Source of the DNA: Octopus bimaculoides
Taxonomy: Eukaryota
NCBI RefSeq assembly: GCF_001194135.2
Contig: NC_068981.1
Location: 134,929,418 to 134,968,875 of the forward strand
Direction: 5' to 3'
Length of the DNA stretch: 39,458 bases
Shown: in pieces, positions 36,255 to 39,458 of the stretch
Layout of the letters: every line of letters starts with the position of its first letter
How positions within the stretch are numbered: the first letter of the stretch is position 1
Made by a program: the position numbers and the translations under genes
Notes under the pieces: generated by a model
Database searches by the model: none
The model's input: the letters and a program-made list of their open reading frames with translations, nothing else
What the model was told of the DNA's origin: nothing

Positions 36255-37050
36255 CAGGTATGGCTGTGTGGTTAAGAAGTTCACTTTGCAACCATATGGT
36301 TTCAGGTTCCATCCCACTGAGTGATGCCTTGGACAAGTGTCTTCTACTATAACCCCAGACCTACCAATGCCTTGTGACTGAATTTGGTAGACAGGATTCA
36401 CATGGAAGCCTGTTGTGTATGTGCATGTGTGTTTGTGTGTGTGTGTGTGTGCATATATGTATATGTATGAGTGTGTGTGCGTGCATATATGTATGTGTGT
36501 GCATGTATGTATATATGTGCATGTATGTATATATGTGCATGTATGTATATATGTGCATGTATGTATATATATGTATGTATGTGTGTGTGCGTGCGTGTGT
36601 GAGCATGTGTGTGTGTATAAGTGTGGCCTAGTGGTTAGGCTGTTGCACTCATGATCGCCAGATCATGGGTTTGATTCCCTGAATAGGCAGCGCATTGTGT
36701 TCTTGAGCAAAACACTTCATTTCACATTGCTCTAGTCCCTCTTTGATCAAGGGGAGATTGTTGGCCTGCTTACCCTACCAGCAGGGTAGCGTCATTCGAA
36801 GGTTAATAAAAAATCCAGAAGTGCATTGTGACCAGCGATGCATAACAACATCTGATAGCCTGGTCAATCACGTGACATATCACGTGATCACATGATATAA
36901 GTATGTATATATGTATATATATGTGTGTGTGCATGTGTGCTTTTTTCTTTGTGTTTGCCCCACCACCATCACTTGACAAGTGGTGTTGGTTTGTTTACAT
37001 CCCCGTAATTTTGCAGTTCAGCAACAGAGACCAACAGAATAAATATCAAA
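36255..37050 (+). mobile_element. SINE family B split by an expanded microsatellite (36410-36620) and a nested tRNA-derived SINE family E (36620-36895)
   Basis: Family E head tgtggcctagtggttagg..gggtttgattccc and tail (cacgtgat)n; the family B 3' half resumes at about 36930. Confidence 0.75.
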
Positions 37051-37246
37051 ATTTTAAAAATAAATTATGTCATATGTAAACAAACATAAGTTTATGATTA
37101 AAGTAAACAAACAATTTTTTTTTTTTTTTGAAGCATTGAGATGTATTGTAAGATACAGAAATAAATTTATTTCTCAAATGCATGATAATGCTATAAATAG
37201 CGTGATCAGGATAAATTATCCATATAATGCAGAAAAATACGTTACC

Positions 37247-37319
37247 GGCCAGCCATGAGACTTGAACTCACATCTCTGTGATTACATGTCAAGTGTTTTA
37301 CAATTAAACCAAACTGCCC
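37247..37319 (-). pseudogene. tRNA-Thr(UGU)-like pseudogene, 73 nt
   Basis: T arm GTGAG-TTCAAGT-CTCAT, anticodon loop CATGTAA, imperfect acceptor and anticodon stems. Confidence 0.4.
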
Positions 37320-37574
37320 AGCAACAAATTCTTCTGCAATTTTAGAACTTATAAATTTAGCTTCATAAGACGCAAACATTAAATTCTTGTTTTTGAAGCC
37401 CTGAAATGGATTGCTGATAGATTTTTCTGCTCTGTAAGGATTTTATCCTATATATGCTATTCTATCAGTATTTACACATTGAAAAATATATCTTTCTACT
37501 TGTTCTACAATACATTTCAGCGCTTCCAAAACAAACTTTTTTTGTTTATATATGACGTACTTTATATTATATCT

Positions 37575-37959
37575 GTGGAGGCACAATGGCCCAGTGGTTT
37601 GGGCAGCGGACTCGTGGTCATAGGATCGCGGTCTCGATTCCCAGACCGGGCGTTGTGAGTGTTTATTGAGCGAAAACACCTAAAGCTCCACGAGGCTCCG
37701 GCAGGGGATGGTGGCGAACCCTGTTGTACTCTTCCACCACAACTTTCTCTCACTCTTTCTTCCTGTTTCTGTTGTACTTGTATTTCAGAGGGTCAGCCTT
37801 GTCACACTGTGTCATGCTGAATATCCCCAAGAACTACGTTAAGGGTACATGTGTCTGTGGAGTGCTCAGCCACTTGCACGTTAATTTCACGTGCAGGCTG
37901 TTCCGTTGATCGGATGAACTGGAACCCTCAACGTCGTAAGCGATGGAGTGCCAACAACA
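37575..37959 (+). mobile_element. SINE family D with 11-bp TSD
   Basis: TSD atattatatct at 37564-37574 and 37960-37970. Confidence 0.93.
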
Positions 37960-38199
37960 ATATTATATCTAGTGTTTCTGGATGACTTCATAAGTTCTAA
38001 AATTGCAGAAGAATTTTTCGGTAAAGTAGTTTAGCTTAATGGTAGAGGGTTTAATTCTTATGGCTGGTTGCTGATAGATTTTCTGCTCTGTAAGGATTTT
38101 ATCCTACATATATATACTGTTCTATCACTATTTACGCGTTGAGAAATATATCTTTCTAGTTGTTCTTTAAAAAATAAGTACTGGGGACAAATTTTCAGT

Positions 38200-38499
38200 T
38201 AAACTCTTCAAGGCAGAGTCCCAACATCTTTTTATCTTTCACTTGTTTCAGCCATTAGACTGTGACCATGCTGGGGTACCATCTTGGGGAATTATAGTAA
38301 AACCAATCAACTCTGGTACTTATTTTTTAGCTTGGCACTTAGTCTATCAGTCTTTATTGCCGAATTGCTAAGTTATAGGGACATAAACACACCAACACCG
38401 TTTGTCAATCAGTGGTGAGAGACAAACACAAAGACACCCAAACCTCACATACATACACACACATGCGCCCACGTGTGTGTGTGTTTTTGTGTGTGTGTG

Positions 38500-38558
<59 letters not shown>

Positions 38559-39095
38559 ATGTATATGAATGACAGGCTTCTTTCGGTTTCCATCCACCAG
38601 ACCCATCTCACAAGGCTTTGGTCAGCCCTAGGCTATAGTAGAAGACACTTGCCCATGATTGCACACAATGGAACTGAACCTGAAGCAATGTAGATGGGAA
38701 ACAAACTTCCTACCACACAGCCATGCTTGTACCACAGTCCAATGACTGAAACAAGCTTAAAAATAAAAGATAAAAGAACAAGAATACAAAATAACAAAGA
38801 AGGAGGCTCAAGTGAAGAGAAGATGTAATAATTGCAGACCTATCCAACCCATATGTCACCATGAGAGCAAAACTAATAATCCTTTCTACTAAAGGTATAA
38901 GGCCTGGAATTTGTGGCATGGGGACTAGCTGATTACATCGACACCTGTGTTTCACTGGAACTTAATTTATCAACCCTCAAAAGGATGAAAGGCAAAGTCG
39001 ACCTTGGTGGAATTTGAACTCAGAATGCAGCAGCAGATGAAATACTGCCAAGCATTTTGCCCAACATGCTAACAATTCTGCCAGCTTGCTGCCTT
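38200..39095 (-). mobile_element. SINE family B (38200-38730) and SINE family A (38880-39095)
   Basis: Reverse complements of the families above. Confidence 0.85.
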
Positions 39096-39458
39096 TATAT
39101 TATTATTATTATTTTATGTTTGACTTTTGTTTTGCATTTGTACAAGTTGGATCCAAGTCTCACCCAGAGACCTCAAGAGACAACAAGTTAGAAGTTCATG
39201 TAGGTGTTATGCCTAGGGTACCATATATTTGGATTTGTACAGTTTTGTTCAAGTGAATGTTTAAGAAACCATAAGAAAATTATGTTTGCTTTAAAATTTG
39301 AGATCACATAGACAGTATTTTACGTAGGATATGGGCAGTTCCCATGAGCACTATCTTTTGAACTTCAGCCATTTTGGGGTTTCCTGGAATCTGATCTAGG
39401 TAGTAATCAGCCCGTTTCGCTGTCATTCCCAGGGCACCTATGACAATAGGTATTGTTT

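Overview
AT-rich, repeat-dense eukaryotic scaffold with nine N-gaps. The SINE families and (TA)n/(TATG)n microsatellites look like those of Octopus; this is recognition from memory, not a database hit. No prokaryotic genes or CRISPR array are present, and most listed ORFs are artefacts of N-runs or microsatellites. Host content: a CpG-retaining promoter-like island (about 19.1-20.7 kb) that appears to drive two divergent spliced genes. The minus-strand gene includes a death-domain-like exon (10199-10456); the plus-strand gene has unidentified exons, the best at 31171-31295. Mobile DNA: a full-length decayed mariner (11190-12875) and related MITEs, hAT, piggyBac-like and Helentron-like MITEs, an RTE LINE 3' end, at least five SINE families, and a 2.5-kb palindrome-rich 43-bp minisatellite. 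The most notable observation is a cluster of minimal hammerhead-ribozyme-like motifs at 22.8-27.4 kb. One is near-canonical (26716-26761) and others have variant cores. They lie in Penelope-like repeats that form fold-back palindromes with junctions in or beside the motifs. Exon models, ribozyme activity and family names are hand-derived predictions that need RNA-seq, alignment or biochemistry.
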